Of a stretch of 64,000 nt of DNA, positions 12,057-25,701 are shown in pieces. Location: contig JAAOMT010000591.1 in the NCBI GenBank assembly GCA_016748015.1, forward strand, positions 481,050 through 545,049, in the 5' to 3' direction. Position 1 is the first letter of the stretch; each line of letters begins with the position of its first letter. The stretch comes from Geosiphon pyriformis uo1 (lineage: Eukaryota; Fungi; Glomeromycota). The translations under genes and the position numbers were made by a program. A model generated the notes under the pieces. The model made no database searches. It saw only the letters and a list, made by a program, of their open reading frames with translations, and was not told the DNA's origin.

Positions 12057-12713
12057 ATGAACAATTATTTTCTGGATTAAAACATTCAAAATGTCTTTTA
12101 TACTCTTCATAAGTATTGGATCAAAAACTATCCAAATGCTATTCTGACCATTAAAAAACAAATCACTATAACTGATAACAATGGAATACATACTGTTATT
12201 AAACCAAAGAAAACCACTACCAGAAGAGAAAAAATTGGTAGTAAAATAGATAAATATCTGTTAGAAAGTATAATAGCAGTTATACTTCTATCTTTCAACA
12301 CTATTGAAAAAACATTTCAAGAAATCTTACCCATAGACAAAAACTTGTCATATGGAAGGCAATTAGAACTCTATGGTTGTCTTGGTGAAATCATAGAGGA
12401 TATGAAATTCATAAAGAAAACAACTTCAGAGATACAGGCAGAAATTTTGGGCATTATATGGTTAGATGTCTCAAGAGTTTTAACTATTGCTAAAAGAGTC
12501 AAAACTCTAATACAAAGATTTGGTCTCCTAAATACAAAACTCATTTTGTCTCAAGTATTATATACCTTATTAACAAAAGACTTTAACAAACTAGTTAGCT
12601 TTGAGTTAGATAAAACCCTTCTAATAGATTACATCATAAATAGCTTAATTTCGCCAGAGCTCAATCTCTTTGAAGAAAATAATGTTACAGTTGAAACTTA
12701 TACTTCTTATTAA
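12057..12713 (+). pseudogene. B1 ORF3 (one early stop)
   Basis: ATG at 12057 is in frame with ORF 12345-12713; homologous to 39066-39722 on the minus strand. Confidence 0.7.
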
Positions 12714-13347
12714 TTATTACATGTATTAGCCACTGATGTCATATAAATTAGCCACTCTATTTTTAGTAAGTGATCATTGACCTGATTATTGATCTGATCA
12801 TTGACCACTTTTGATAGCTATATAAGCAATAAATCTCTTAACTATAGAAAAGCATGAAGAAATAAAGAAATCAAGAAAATCAAATAAATAAAAATAACAA
12901 CTTTTATCTCAATCCTTCTCTTATTACTAATTTCTCTTTCCCTACTTTCAAGTATCTAAACATCTTAAAAGATAAAAGATCATTTGTTGGTTATTTTTTA
13001 CCCTTTTTCTGAAATGTGTAATTACAACATTTGGAGATTATTAAATGAAATGTAACTGAAAAGCACATCTGATACTTAATATTGAATTCTAAGAGTGCCA
13101 ATGTGAGACATAAAATTATACCAAGTGTGATTATTTGTTAACAGTATGGACTATTCTTCTATCTTCAGATTCCCCAGTTATCTTTGAAAAGTATAGCGAC
13201 TGAAATATTTTATGAGACTGATCTTGCATATTGAATCCATACTTATTCAATTCACTCTTTAAAGTTGAATTCCCTTTGATTCCTTTTATCATCCTACAAT
13301 CCTGTTCTCCCTTGCTATCTATTAGTTTATTACTCCAACCCATAACA
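12683..13347 (+). repeat. 3' LTR of B1 (665 bp)
   Basis: TGTTACAG...CCCATAACA; matches both B2 LTRs. Confidence 0.9.
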
Positions 13348-15031
13348 ATATATTATATAAAACAATATATTAAAATATAATAGTCAGAAAGATACTATCT
13401 TTGACTAGAAGACCTTTAAGCATTGGAAAAGACTGAATCTACATGGCCCTGTCTCTGACTGGTTTAGGCTATCTGTTGATTTTCTTGGTAGTTTAGCCTT
13501 TCTCCCTGCTTATTCTTTCTCTTTGGGTGGTTTTGGTGTTTTTAGTGTTTTAAGGTCTAATGAGTTTGGTCTTATTTGTAATCAATTATTGAATGTCACA
13601 GATAACATTATATCTGTGTATACAGATGGATCTCTATGGAACTTGGGCAGTGCTAATGTGAAGGCTGGTGCAATGGTCTTTTTTGAGAACATCAACTTGG
13701 GTTTAGGAATTAGAGTTTCTGGTTTGTTGTTCTCTACTTTAGCAGAGCTATAGACTATAGCTTTAGTTTTTGAGTGTGTTCCTTCCTTCAACTCGGTTCA
13801 CCTTTTCATGGACAGTCAGACTGCCTTGGATACATGCATATTGGAATTGAGTCTGGTGCATCTGAATTTTTGGAATTGGTGTTGGGTCAAATGTCAGCAT
13901 ATTGAAAACATTATTAGGAAAAAGAATTTGAGTGTTACTTGGTACAAGGTTAAAGACCATTCGGGTGTTTTAGGTAATGAACATGCTGATGCTCTTGCTG
14001 ATGCAGCTTTTTGTTCTCCTTGGTGCTTTCCTCTCAGCTTAGAAAAACATTGTATTTTAGTGGAAGGTAGTGTAGTTTCTGGGAATTCTAGATATTTTGT
14101 GCATGGAATTTTTTGCTCTATTTATCGTGCATATTGGGAACTTGGTTCTGGTTCTGGTGTTTTAGATAGTAGTTTGCTTTCAGATATGAATTGGCATAGC
14201 TCTTCCTCAGTATGGCATCCTGATTCACATATGGCTGCTGGTTTCACTAGTAAACTTACTGTTATTATTCAAACATACTTCATAAAAGCTTTGTATTGTC
14301 AGTTATCAGTCACTATACAGAAGTAATTGTATAACAAGTATTATCTCAGTGTATTGTGTTTGTATTGTGGTGATGTTGAAGTCTCAGATTATGCTTTTTC
14401 TTGTATGTTTGATGATTTGATCTGTCATTGTTTGTTGGATGCCCATGTAACTATATGGTGTGCAATTTCTGGTCTTTTCATCTCCTTCTTGTGTATGTCT
14501 CAATTGTTGTCATCTTGTGTTTCAAATGCTACAGTATGCATAGTTCTTTACAAGGGCTTTGTTTTTAAAGATTGGCTTCGTGAGGCTGTGTCAGTTTTCA
14601 AAGGCTCCAAGAGTGTGAGTTGGAAGGTAGTAGACTTTGTGTGTGGTTTTTGTCTTGCTTTTAAGGAAGAAGTTTGGTCAGTCTATGCCAAGCATTATGC
14701 TTTTATGAAAAAGAATAGGCTGATACTATCTGATGGGTCAATTCCAAGATTGATTTCTGAGCTGTCTTTGTCATTTTCTGCTGGTATAGTTAGCCTGTTG
14801 GGTATTGATGAGGCATTTGGTGTGAGTTTTGGGTTTCGTAAGTCTTATTTGTTTCTCTCAAGTATTAAGAGTCCTGTTTCTGTTTATATAGGTGCTTAGT
14901 GTTGTTCTAATTAGCTTGAGTGACTAGTTATGTGTAGTAAATACATGATTCACACCTAATTTAGATCATTTTTGATGTATTGTACTAGGTAGTATTTAGA
15001 CTTCACTTGTTAAATAAATAAATAAATAAAA
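13348..15031 (+). mobile_element. 3' part of RNase H-containing non-LTR retrotransposon (host of B1)
   Basis: YTDGSL...STLAEL...DSQTALD...KVKDHSGVLGNEHADALA (RNase H), CLYCGDVE zinc motif, conserved 3' UTR and (TAAA)n tail. Confidence 0.9.
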
Positions 15032-15236
15032 ATATAAATATCAAATAAAAAAAATACAATTAATATAATAAATTAATATAAATATTATATAATAATTGAA
15101 TTATTTATTATAAAAATTATTATCTATATTTAATTTTTGTAAATTTAAAATTTAAAATATGAAAAATATAAATTATATATTTTTTTATGTTTTATTAAAT
15201 ATAATTTAATTATTATATATATTTAAAATAAATACA

Positions 15237-16209
15237 CTAGTGGTGGTATCTGATAATATTTGGCATTTTGCTCATAAAGTTTTTAGGTTTATGAATCATG
15301 TTTGTTGGAAGGTTGGTCTTAGTTCTGCTATTGTTAACAAAAATATAATCAGTGATATGGATTGGGTTTATACTGCTTTGGTTTGGCACTCTAATTCACA
15401 CATGACAGCTGAATTTACCAGTAAGTCTACTGTGGGTCTATGTTTATATTTTTTAAAGGCTTTATACTACTGTCTGTCAGTCGCTGTATGAAAGCATTTG
15501 TATAATAAGGATTATCTGAGTGTTTTGTGTTTCTATTGTGGAAAGATAGAGAGCTTTGATCATTTTTTTGTGTGTGTATTTGACTCTGGGGTCTGTAAAA
15601 ATCTAATTGCTTCCCATTCAGCTAAGTGGCATGTTGTGTCTGGTCTGAGTTTTCATTTGTCTCTGGTCTTGCAGGTGCTTTTTTTATGTGTTTTTGATGT
15701 TGTGTTATACACTACTGTGAGCAAGGACTTCTTGTTCAGAAACAGATATCTGGAAACTATGTCTGTTTTTGGTAATGCTAAATCTGTAGGAAGATTTATT
15801 ACTGACTTTGTTTGGGGTTTTGGTGCTGCTTACCATACTAACATATGGTTGGTTAGAGCCAAATATAGAGCTTTTATGGAAAAAAGTAGTTTGATTCTCC
15901 ATAATGATTCTGTTTCTCTTGTAATTCAAGATTTGTTATCTTTGTTATTAGCTAAAGCAGTTAGGTTGCTTGAAGTTACTGAAACTCTTAATGTCTGTTT
16001 TGGTTTTTACAAACTTTGCTGTTTTTTTTGGCATTAATAGTGTGATATCTGTCTTGATAAATTTGTAGTATTACTTTGATTGGTCCGAATGGCTGGTCAT
16101 ATGTGGTAAATACATGATTTGTGCCTAGTTTAGATTACTTAGATTGATGTATTGTGCTAAGTAACATTTGGGCCTTACTTGTTAAACATAATAAATAAAT
16201 AAAAAAAAT
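15237..16209 (+). mobile_element. 3'-terminal fragment of another LINE subfamily
   Basis: ORFs 15240-16037 are homologous to the ORF2 C-terminus (WHSNSH, CFYCGKIE); same 3' UTR and A-rich tail. Confidence 0.85.
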
Positions 16210-17527
16210 ACACTCTTTTTAAAAAATGGTTTTAGATTATTTAGTTAATAAAAATAAATTGGTTTTAAAGTTTAAAAAAGTTAAGTTTAAGATAATAAGA
16301 TTATAAAAGATTAAAAAAAACAAAAATATTTTGAATATTATTTCTAAATTATAATATAATTAATATTTATTTTTAGTTTATATTAATAATAAGATCTTTT
16401 TTAATATTATAAATATTATTAATTTTAATAAAATACTAAGTATAATTAAGTAATTATCTGATAAAAAAGCTGTAGACCTATTTAATATTACCAATAAATT
16501 ATGAAAATATTATAATAGTTTGATTTTAAGTATGTTTTTAACTTTTTTAAATTTTTGTTTAATTTATAAAATGGATTTTTAATCATAAAAAGAAGTATAA
16601 ATCTTAATAATTCCTAAATTATATAAATAAAAAAGTGTTTTAATTAATACTAAACTTATTGTCTTGATTAAAATTATGTAAAAAATTCTTTTTAAAATTT
16701 TTATAATACTTTTAATATTTTTTGTAAAGATAATTTTTCAGTATTAAAAAATATAATAATATAATCTCTAATTTTTACAATTGGCTTTGTAGTAAAAAAT
16801 GTTTTAAAGAAAAATTATAAACTTTAATTGGTTTTACAAAATATATATAAAGCTTATAACTTAGTTAATTAATAATATTTAGTAAACAGTTTAATTTAGA
16901 TTAAAATATACAACAAATTTATAAATTTTTTGATAAAATTTATAATAATAAAATTAATTGTATTATAACAGACTATAGTTTATCAAATAAAACCAAAATA
17001 AAGTAATTTTTCTTTATTTTAATGTATTTTTTATAATCTTTTTTTGTGTAAGATTAAAAAATTAAAAAAGTATATATAATTACAGATTAAATACTAAGTT
17101 TGTTATTAAAACAAAATATATTAAGAACCAGATTAATTTTATTTGTGTAATAATATTAATATTATAATATAAGTTATTTCTTAATTTTTAATTATTGTAT
17201 ATATTTATGTACTTCTTTTTAAAGATTAATTTAAAATCTACTTACAGCAGTAAGATTTTTTTAAGTTTATTTTTATATGTATTTAAAGTATTTTTTTAAG
17301 CTAAAAATACAAAATATTAATAGCTTTTTAATGTTTTTCTTAATTTTTGCAATAAAGTTTTTATTAATTAATAATAATATAAATAATTAATAATTATTCT
17401 TTCAAAAAATTCAGTTAATAAATAATAATTTTATTTAATAAATAATACTAATAAGTTTTCTAATATTTTTAATAATAATAATTTAATTTTCAATATTTTT
17501 TTTATTTTTTTTTGATTAAAAATTTTT

Positions 17528-20500
17528 GTCTTTTTTTTATTAATCTTTTAATTACAATGAAAGCATAAATTAGTCGAAAAAATAAATTTTTTCTTTTTCT
17601 TTTTCTTCTTGTTTTCTTAGTTATTTTTTTTATTATATTTTTGTTTTTTGTTATAAAACTAATAGGCTTTGTTGCTGGTGATTCTGTTTCTGCTTCTGTT
17701 TCTGTTAAATTGAAACTCAGTCTGACACTAAGAAAAAGCAAATTAAAAGTGTTTACTTTCACAATATATCCTATAAAAAGCCAAAAAAGTTTGTGACTAA
17801 TGTCAATAAAATTGATTTGTTTGCTGGTTTTTTGGGTTTAATAAATATAGACAGCATTAATATAAAATTACAAAGTCTTGAGGTAACAAAATAAATAGTA
17901 AAAAGAACAATATAAGTAATTTGTTAAATATAAAAAACATAAAAAACATAGTTACAAAGAAAACTAGTTATATTAATTCAAATACTTCAATAATTAACAA
18001 AATAGTAAACAATACTATATCTAGAAAAATACATACTTAAATATATGTTTTAAGTTACTTTTTAAAAACTTCTTTGTTTGATTTATTAAATAATAATAAT
18101 GATGTTTTGGTACTTTTGTTTTTTAAGTTTGCTGACTTCAGATTATTATTATTGGTTAGATTATATGTATTAAACTGTTTGTTATTTTTAATAAAACTAA
18201 TAGTAATAAGTTAATTGCAATAAAAAAATTTTTTATTGTATTAATGGTTTTGAAAGAGTTTTTACTTTCTTAAAATTTTCAGAGATAATTAGATCATTAT
18301 TTACATTAGAATTGAATTTAAAAAAAACTAAAGAAATGATTATTAATAAAAAAATTTTGGTTAATAATAATATTAGAAAAACAAATAATCATACAGATTA
18401 GGAAGTTATAGTCAAGAAAATTTCTGTAGATTTTCTAAAATCAATTATAGAATTAGTGTTTTCTAAGTTTAGTAAGATTGTATTTATTAAAATACAGCTT
18501 ATTGGTTTTTGGCAAAAGACTTTAGTAAAATTTAAATTTTTTAAAATTATTAATTTAGTTGTTTCTGAATGGTTAATACTTATAAAAAAATTTTAATTCA
18601 TATAACCAAGACTGTAAGCAATAAACAAGCATAAATGTTTAAAGATTAGAATTGGATTTTGCTATATATCTTATTAATTAATATTATTGCTTACAATCTT
18701 TTTAATTTGTTAATATTATATAGTAGAAAAATTTGTTTTATTGGCTATAATTCAAGTATATATAAACATAATTATTGTGTAATTGTTTGTTTTGTTAATA
18801 AAACATCAAAAAACACTGCTATTAATTCTACTTCAATTTTTAAGAATGTAAATCTCACTAAATCGGTTTATTATTAGCTGTTTGTGCTTAATATAAACAA
18901 TTTGGTTATGTTTTTGTTATATGTTTTAATAGTAAAAATTCAGAAGATTACAATAAAAAGCCAGTTTTATTTTAAAATTAAGTATAATTGGCCAATATAT
19001 ATAAAAAAAACAGATTTTTATAGTTTGTTTGGTCTCTTTTAATAGTAAAACTTGGACTTAAATTGCTAATAATTCTTTGTTTCTTTTTCTTTTTGTGTAA
19101 AATAGTTCTTTAAAAATTGGCTTCTCTTCAAAAATAAAATCTTTTTTACTAGTTATATTGAATATAAGTGATAAATTTACTGTTTATAAGTGCAGTCTTA
19201 CTAGTTTTGTAAAGCAAGTTAACAAGTTGACTAAAAAATTAAATATATTTAAGCCAATAATTTTTCAGCCTAACTTTAGATATTAGCTATTAGTAACTCT
19301 TTTATTATAGAATTTAGGAACAAATACAGTAATAAATAAAAGTTTAAATGTAATTACTAGTAATAAGACTGTTACAAAGACAAAGTTTTTAGACTAGTTA
19401 ATTGTTTTTAAGTTGAAAAATAAAATAAACAATTTGTTATCTATTGGCCAAAATAAACAATAAAAATTTGAGTTCAAACAATCTTTTTTAATAATAACCA
19501 ATCTGGTCTAGAAAATTGCTATATGTAATATTCAAAATATTAATATTTCTGCTAAGCAAGATAATGTTGTTTATTGACATATAAATTTAGATAATATGGT
19601 TTTTATTATTATAAAGACAAAATTGAAGTTTAATATTAAGCTATAAATTATGAATAAGTTTAATAAAATTCGATTTTTATGTCTGGTTTAAATATTGGTT
19701 TTCTTAATGCTAGTATAGTTATTATTATAAACAGTTTTTTGGCTCAGCACATTTTGAAGATAAAAAAAATTTTAAGTTAATTAATTTCAATATGTTTTTT
19801 GTTTTAGGACAAGTTTTTAATTACAATTTTGAAATTATATACAGGTATTTTGTTTGTGTTTAGATTTAAACAGACTTTGAAAATCAATTTTTTTATTGCT
19901 AAGACAATTAATACCAGTTTATTTGTGGTTTTGGGTGGGAATTTTAATAAAAATAAATCTAAGAAGAGTATTAGCTTTAAGTTTTGTATAGGTTTGGGTT
20001 TAATCAATTTTTTTAGTAAATATTTTTTAGCCAAAACTTTTACTTGAAGCAATTTGAAAGGAATAAAAAAAGTTATTGATTATATTTTTGTAAGTAAAAA
20101 TCTGTTATCTATTATTACAGACTATAATATTAATATAATATCAAATATTTTTAATACTAACCACAAGACTATAATAATTTTAGTTGGTTTGGAAAGTTTT
20201 CTAAATGTTTATTTGAATATTATTCATAAACAAGTTAATAAAGATTGATAGAAGTTTAAATTCAAAAATACAAATAATGCCAAATAGATATAATTCAAAA
20301 AATATTTTTCTATTAAGCTCTTAATAATAATAAATAAATTCTTAAATACAAAAGCTCTTGGTAATTTGAATACAATATAAGAGATATTAAAAAAAATAAT
20401 AGTAAAAGCAATTAATAATATGTTCTTTAAACATTAATTCAGTGTGTTTGATTGTGTAAAAAACAAATTATTTTCAAAGTTTTTTGAGTTAAAATTGCTG

Positions 20501-23500
20501 GTAGCCAAAATTGTTAAAAAAATGAGTTTGAATAATATGTCTGAATTTGATTATTTAATTAATAAATAGTTAATTTTGGGTAACAAAAAGACTTTTAAGA
20601 TAATAAATATGGTTTAGAATAGTGCATAAAAAATAGATATCATTAAGTATTTGTCAATGATTAAAAAAAATATAGAAAATTCAAATATTATAAATCAAAA
20701 TTGGCTAAGAAAGTTTCTATTAGAGAGGCAATTAAAAAACATATGAAAAGTTTTTGTTCTAATAAAAAAAATATGATAAAAAGTATTTTGAAGTAATTTT
20801 TTTACAAGATAATTCTTAATTACTTAATAGTTAAAAAAGATTTGGTATTAGAATTTAATAAAGTAAAAATTAGTGTTAATAGAATTATAAAAGAGTAAAC
20901 AAAAAAATGGGCTGTGTTTTTAATGCTGTCTAAGCTTTAGTTGTACCAATATGCTCTATTAACCTATGTAAGTAATAATGTTTTTTCTGGCATAATAAAA
21001 AAAATCAACATAAATAAACTGTATTTGGTAGTAAATAATCTGTCTAATAGCAAAGCCACTGATTTATCTGGCATTTTTAATAAACTTTAAAAACATAATA
21101 ATAAAACTATAATAAAGTGTCATTTGAATTTAATGAATTTATATTTGTTATTGGTGTTACCCAAGTAAAAAAACCAAAAAGCTATGGGAAAACATGACAA
21201 AGAAATGTAACAAGAAAAATGTGATATAACTTAAGGTAACATAGAACAAACGTGAGTAATAGCTAGCAATATCAAGCAATAGCTAGTAATAATGAGCAAT
21301 AGCTAGCAATAACAAAACAATAGCTAACAATAGTGAAACAATTGAAAACAATCCTGTAAAACCAAAAGAATATATAAAAGCAAGTAGTTGTAGAAGTTAA
21401 AAAAACAGTTAGTTAGCAATCAATTTTACTTTGTATTATACTTATTATATATTCATAGTCCGAAATACAATAATTATCAAAAAAACAAAAAAAAATTCCA
21501 TTTACCAATTCATGTTCTCCAATCTTACAGATTTTAATTGAAATTAAAATCAGTATTTCTTACTTTTGTTCCAGAACAGATGCCACTAGCATAAATGTCT
21601 CGAACTCTTAATAATTTAAACTAATCACTCTTGATCATGGCAATTGACAAAAACTAATTTTTTTCTTTTTTTTTCCTTTTCTTTCTTTATTTTCTTTTCT
21701 TTCTTTTTTTGTTTGAAGTGGCAACATAAGAAAATTAACTGTCTTAGAATAGACTTCATGATAGTCTGGTAAAAGAGAAAAGCTCCCTCTAAGTTTTGGA
21801 TATTAATGTTATCTTGGTAGCTTACCAGAAGGGTGAAAAAACAATACTGGACCCTAACGACTGTGCTCATTAGTGTGGAGAAGAAAGCTTACATTTATGA
21901 AAAACATTGCAATCAACAAAAAACAAACTTTGTGCCTTATAACCAAAGAACTTAGTGAGTAGACTCACATCCAAGAATAAATTTTCAGAGACTGATAATA
22001 CTAACACTGTGAAAAGAGCAGACAACCTTGAAAAACTCAAAAATAGAGCACCAAATATTATCACTATACCTTATCCAGTTTACTCATAATATTGGGTAAT
22101 GTCTTGGTTTTTTGCAAGAGAACATGGGTTTTAATAATCTTCAAGTCTTACAAATAAAATAGAATTTTGATGAATACTTATTCTATTATGTTAATTAAAA
22201 TGGCTAGAAAAAATTTTGTTTGCATATAACAAGTTTAGTGTTTTTTGTAGTAATGATTTCTCTGTTTTAAAAAACACTTCAACTTAGTTTTCTATGTTTA
22301 CTATTGGATTAATAATTAAAGATATTTTAGAAAAAAATAGAGAGCTTTAATTGGTCTTACAAGATATATGCAATGCTTATAACTTAGTTAAATAGTATTA
22401 TTTAAAAACTAGTCTACAGTATATTAAGATATATAAATAATTTATCAAGTTTTTTAATTATATATATAAGGATAAAATTAATAAAGTAATAATTAATTTT
22501 GGGCTCTTAAATAGTTATAAAGTACATAATAAGTTGAATTAAAATAAAGTTTTTTTATCTTTCTTTTGAAAAAATTTTTATGATTTTCTTTTATATAAAG
22601 TTAAGAAACATAAACATTTGTGAAATTATCAAATTAATACCAATTTTGTTATCAAAACAGACAAAATAGAGAATAATAGAGATTTAACTTTTTTTTTTAT
22701 TGTTAATGCTTTTGTTAATAATACAATTTGGGTCGAAAATAAACAGTTTTTTATGCAATATACTTTAAATATTGCCAGTAAATTTTTTATGATCAATAAA
22801 ATTTCAATTAACAATAAAAAAATAATGGCTATTTTTATTGATTAAAGTGTTAGAACAGCTTCTTTAAGAATTAATAACATGTCAATTTCAATTGCCAAAA
22901 AAAGTAAATTGCACAAATATTTAGAAATTTTTTTATTAACTAAGAGTTTGTTTAAGCTAAATATTTCTAAGACACATTTTAATGTCTAATTTTTTATTAA
23001 TATAGTACTTAAAAAGACTATTACAGATAAACAGTTCTCTTATTTGATTTCAGCTATTTTGCAATCTATAATTAACTATAGATTTTAATTTAGCTTTGAG
23101 TTATTAAACATATATTGTAAATAAAACATTATAGTTAAAAAATATTTTAAGTCTAAGACCAATTTTCTACATGATTTTTTTAGTAAAAAATTACACTATC
23201 TCTTTTTATATAATTTGAAATCATTTGAACAGATACAAGCTAAGAATAAATTGGCTTTAATAATAGTCTTTATTAATATTTTGAGTATTCTTAAATATTT
23301 ATTTAATCACAAACAGTTAAATTTGCAGGTTCTGAAATAGACTTTCTCAAATCTTTTTTATTGTTTTATTAAATTGCATATTAGTCCTATAATTTTTTGG
23401 CTAGAATAATAAAAATTTTTTTGGCTAATAAAATGTCTTTAGATAACAATTTGCTTAACATGTTTTGCAATTTTGGAAAGTTTTTAATGTTAGATGTTTT

Positions 23501-25140
23501 GGAGAAGTCTTTGTACTATAATTTAGTATGCTTTTTAAAAAAATTTGTTATTAAAAAAAATTGGATTTTAGAGGTTCTGTATTACTTTGGTTTAAATTGG
23601 CTTTAAAGTTTTTGCATGATAATTAATCTTTGTTGGTCAATTTTAATCAAGTTAATAGGCTTAATGGCCCAAGCATTTTAGAATTTGTTAAGTTTTTTAA
23701 TGTTTATAGACATTTGCTTAAAATTTGGTCAAGTGTTATTAAGGTTTTTACAGATAAGTTATTAAAAAATATACGTTTTGTTAAGATTGCTTATAAAGCT
23801 GCTGTATATTTTCTAATGGTAAACATAGAAGTTAATGTTAAAAAACATGGTTTTTTGTTATCTACAATAATTAAATTATAGACTGTTGCTTTGTCTTTAA
23901 AATGTGTTTTATTTTTTTGTGTAATTGTTTTGTATCTGAATAATCAAACTGCTATTAATACATATAAATTCAAGATTAGGTCTATTGTGTCTAACTTTTG
24001 CAATTGTTGTTGAATAAAAAAGAGACATATTGCTAATTTAATTAAGAACAAAAATCTTAAGATTAATTGAATTAAAGTTAAAGACCATTTAGATGTTTTA
24101 AACAATATTAAAACAAATTAGATAATAAAAAAAGACCAAATATTTTTTGTTGTTTCTGTTAAGTAATGTACATAAATAATTTATTATAATAAAAAATACA
24201 GCTGTTTTTAGCAATATTTGTCACTTTATTTGTAATTTGTATAAATCTGTCTGTTATGTTTAATAGAAAAATAGTCCTGGTTGTTATATGATGCCAAGTA
24301 AATTAATTTAGAAGATATATTGACTATTTATTATAAAAGTATAACATCCTAATTTGCACATGTTATATGATTTTACAAACAAGAAGTCTGTTAATTTGTG
24401 CACATATTTAATAAAAACTGTACATAAATGTTTGTCTATAATTGTTAAAAAGAAATTATATAATAAAAAGTATTTTAGAATGTTATATTTATTGTGTAAA
24501 GAGATAAAATTTCTGGATTATGTTTTTATTGCCCTAAAAATATAGCCATTTATAAAGAAATATTAACAAAGCTTTTTAATATTTGAATATCTTTAATAAG
24601 TGTTTGCACTTTTTTTTTCTGCTGTATTGAGAACTCTTTCTAGGTATTTGGTTGATATAAATTTGTATATTACAATTTGCAAAGAGTTTGTGTTAAAAAA
24701 TTGGTATTTAAAGACTATAATAATTCTAAAAAACAAAATAAAAGCTTTAATAACTATAATTATATTATAGAACAGTTAGTAAAAATTTATTATTTAAAAA
24801 TTTGGCTTGTTTAAAAAGAGCAAATTTAGTAGATAATAGTAATATGATGTCTGGTTTAGCTGTTAGTTTAGTGGCTGACTTGTTAGATAGTATAGTTTAT
24901 TTTTTTAAAATAATTAAATTTTTTGCAGTTAGTTTTAATAAATACAGATCATGATTGTTTTTTTTTGGTTTTGATAATAATATAAAAGTTTATATAGACA
25001 TATAGTATTGTTTTGTCTGGTCTAAATAACTAGCTATATATAATAAATATATGAATCACATTTAGTTTTAAGTCACTTAATTTGGTTTTATATATTAGAT
25101 AGTAGTTGGGTTTTACTCATTAAATGTTAATAATAATAAT
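17528..25140 (+). mobile_element. Full-length but heavily decayed LINE (ORF1 plus APE-RT-RNase H ORF2), probable TSD AAAATTTTT
   Basis: Colinear with the 29197-36105 and 53803-60767 elements from 5' UTR to 3' UTR; (TAA)n tail; AAAATTTTT at 17519-17527 and 25141-25149. Confidence 0.8.
21155..22091 (+). repeat. Solo LTR of family D (937 bp), TSD TTGG
   Basis: TGTTACC...CATAATA; TTGG at 21151-21154 and 22092-22095; the host LINE frame is restored on removal; shares motifs with LTR C. Confidence 0.75.
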
Positions 25141-25701
25141 AAAATTTTTTAGATATTTATTAAAAACAAAAGTTAAATAATAATTAAAGTGAAAAATTAA
25201 AAACTGGCAAGATAATTTTTCTTAATATTAAAACTATTGCATATATATATATTTGTAGATTTAAAAAAAACCATATTGTAATATATTTTTTTTAATATCT
25301 TAATCTGATGCTTATTATTATTATAAAATAATATTTGATACTATATTAATTATTATCTTTTTAAAATTATTATTGTATTATATTATAATTAAATAATTTA
25401 TAATTTTTTACTAAATTCTTAAATTATAATAACAGATTTTTTTAGTTAATAATATTTTAATTAACAATAATAAAACAATAATTATTTTAATTAATTACAA
25501 AGTATAAACTTTTTTTATTAATATGTGACTTATTTATATTAATTATTAAAAAAAAAATTGTACAAATATTTGAAAAAATTTTTGTTATTAATTAATTTAT
25601 TTAAATTTAGTTTAATCAAAATATATTTGAATATTAAGTTTTTTAATAAGAAAAAATTTAAAATTAAAATCTAGTTTGTTAATAAACTTTTCAAATAATA
25701 T

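Larger units (their letters stand above)
9375..13347 (+). mobile_element. Ty3/Gypsy family B copy B1 (3' part: RT, RNase H, integrase, ORF3, 3' LTR), degenerate
   Basis: MPFGLTN, VYLDN, HVIAYASR, YHPQTNGLVE; colinear with the reverse complement of 38360-42400. Confidence 0.92.
17130..25431 (-). repeat. Decayed family E LTR (E2), split by a LINE into about 17130-17527 and 25141-25431
   Basis: Both pieces align to the reverse complement of 46259-47116. Strand is given relative to E1. Confidence 0.65.

Noticed and set aside
15032-15236. Nearly pure A/T stretch with palindromic look
   Set aside because: Low complexity; no supportable termini or homology.
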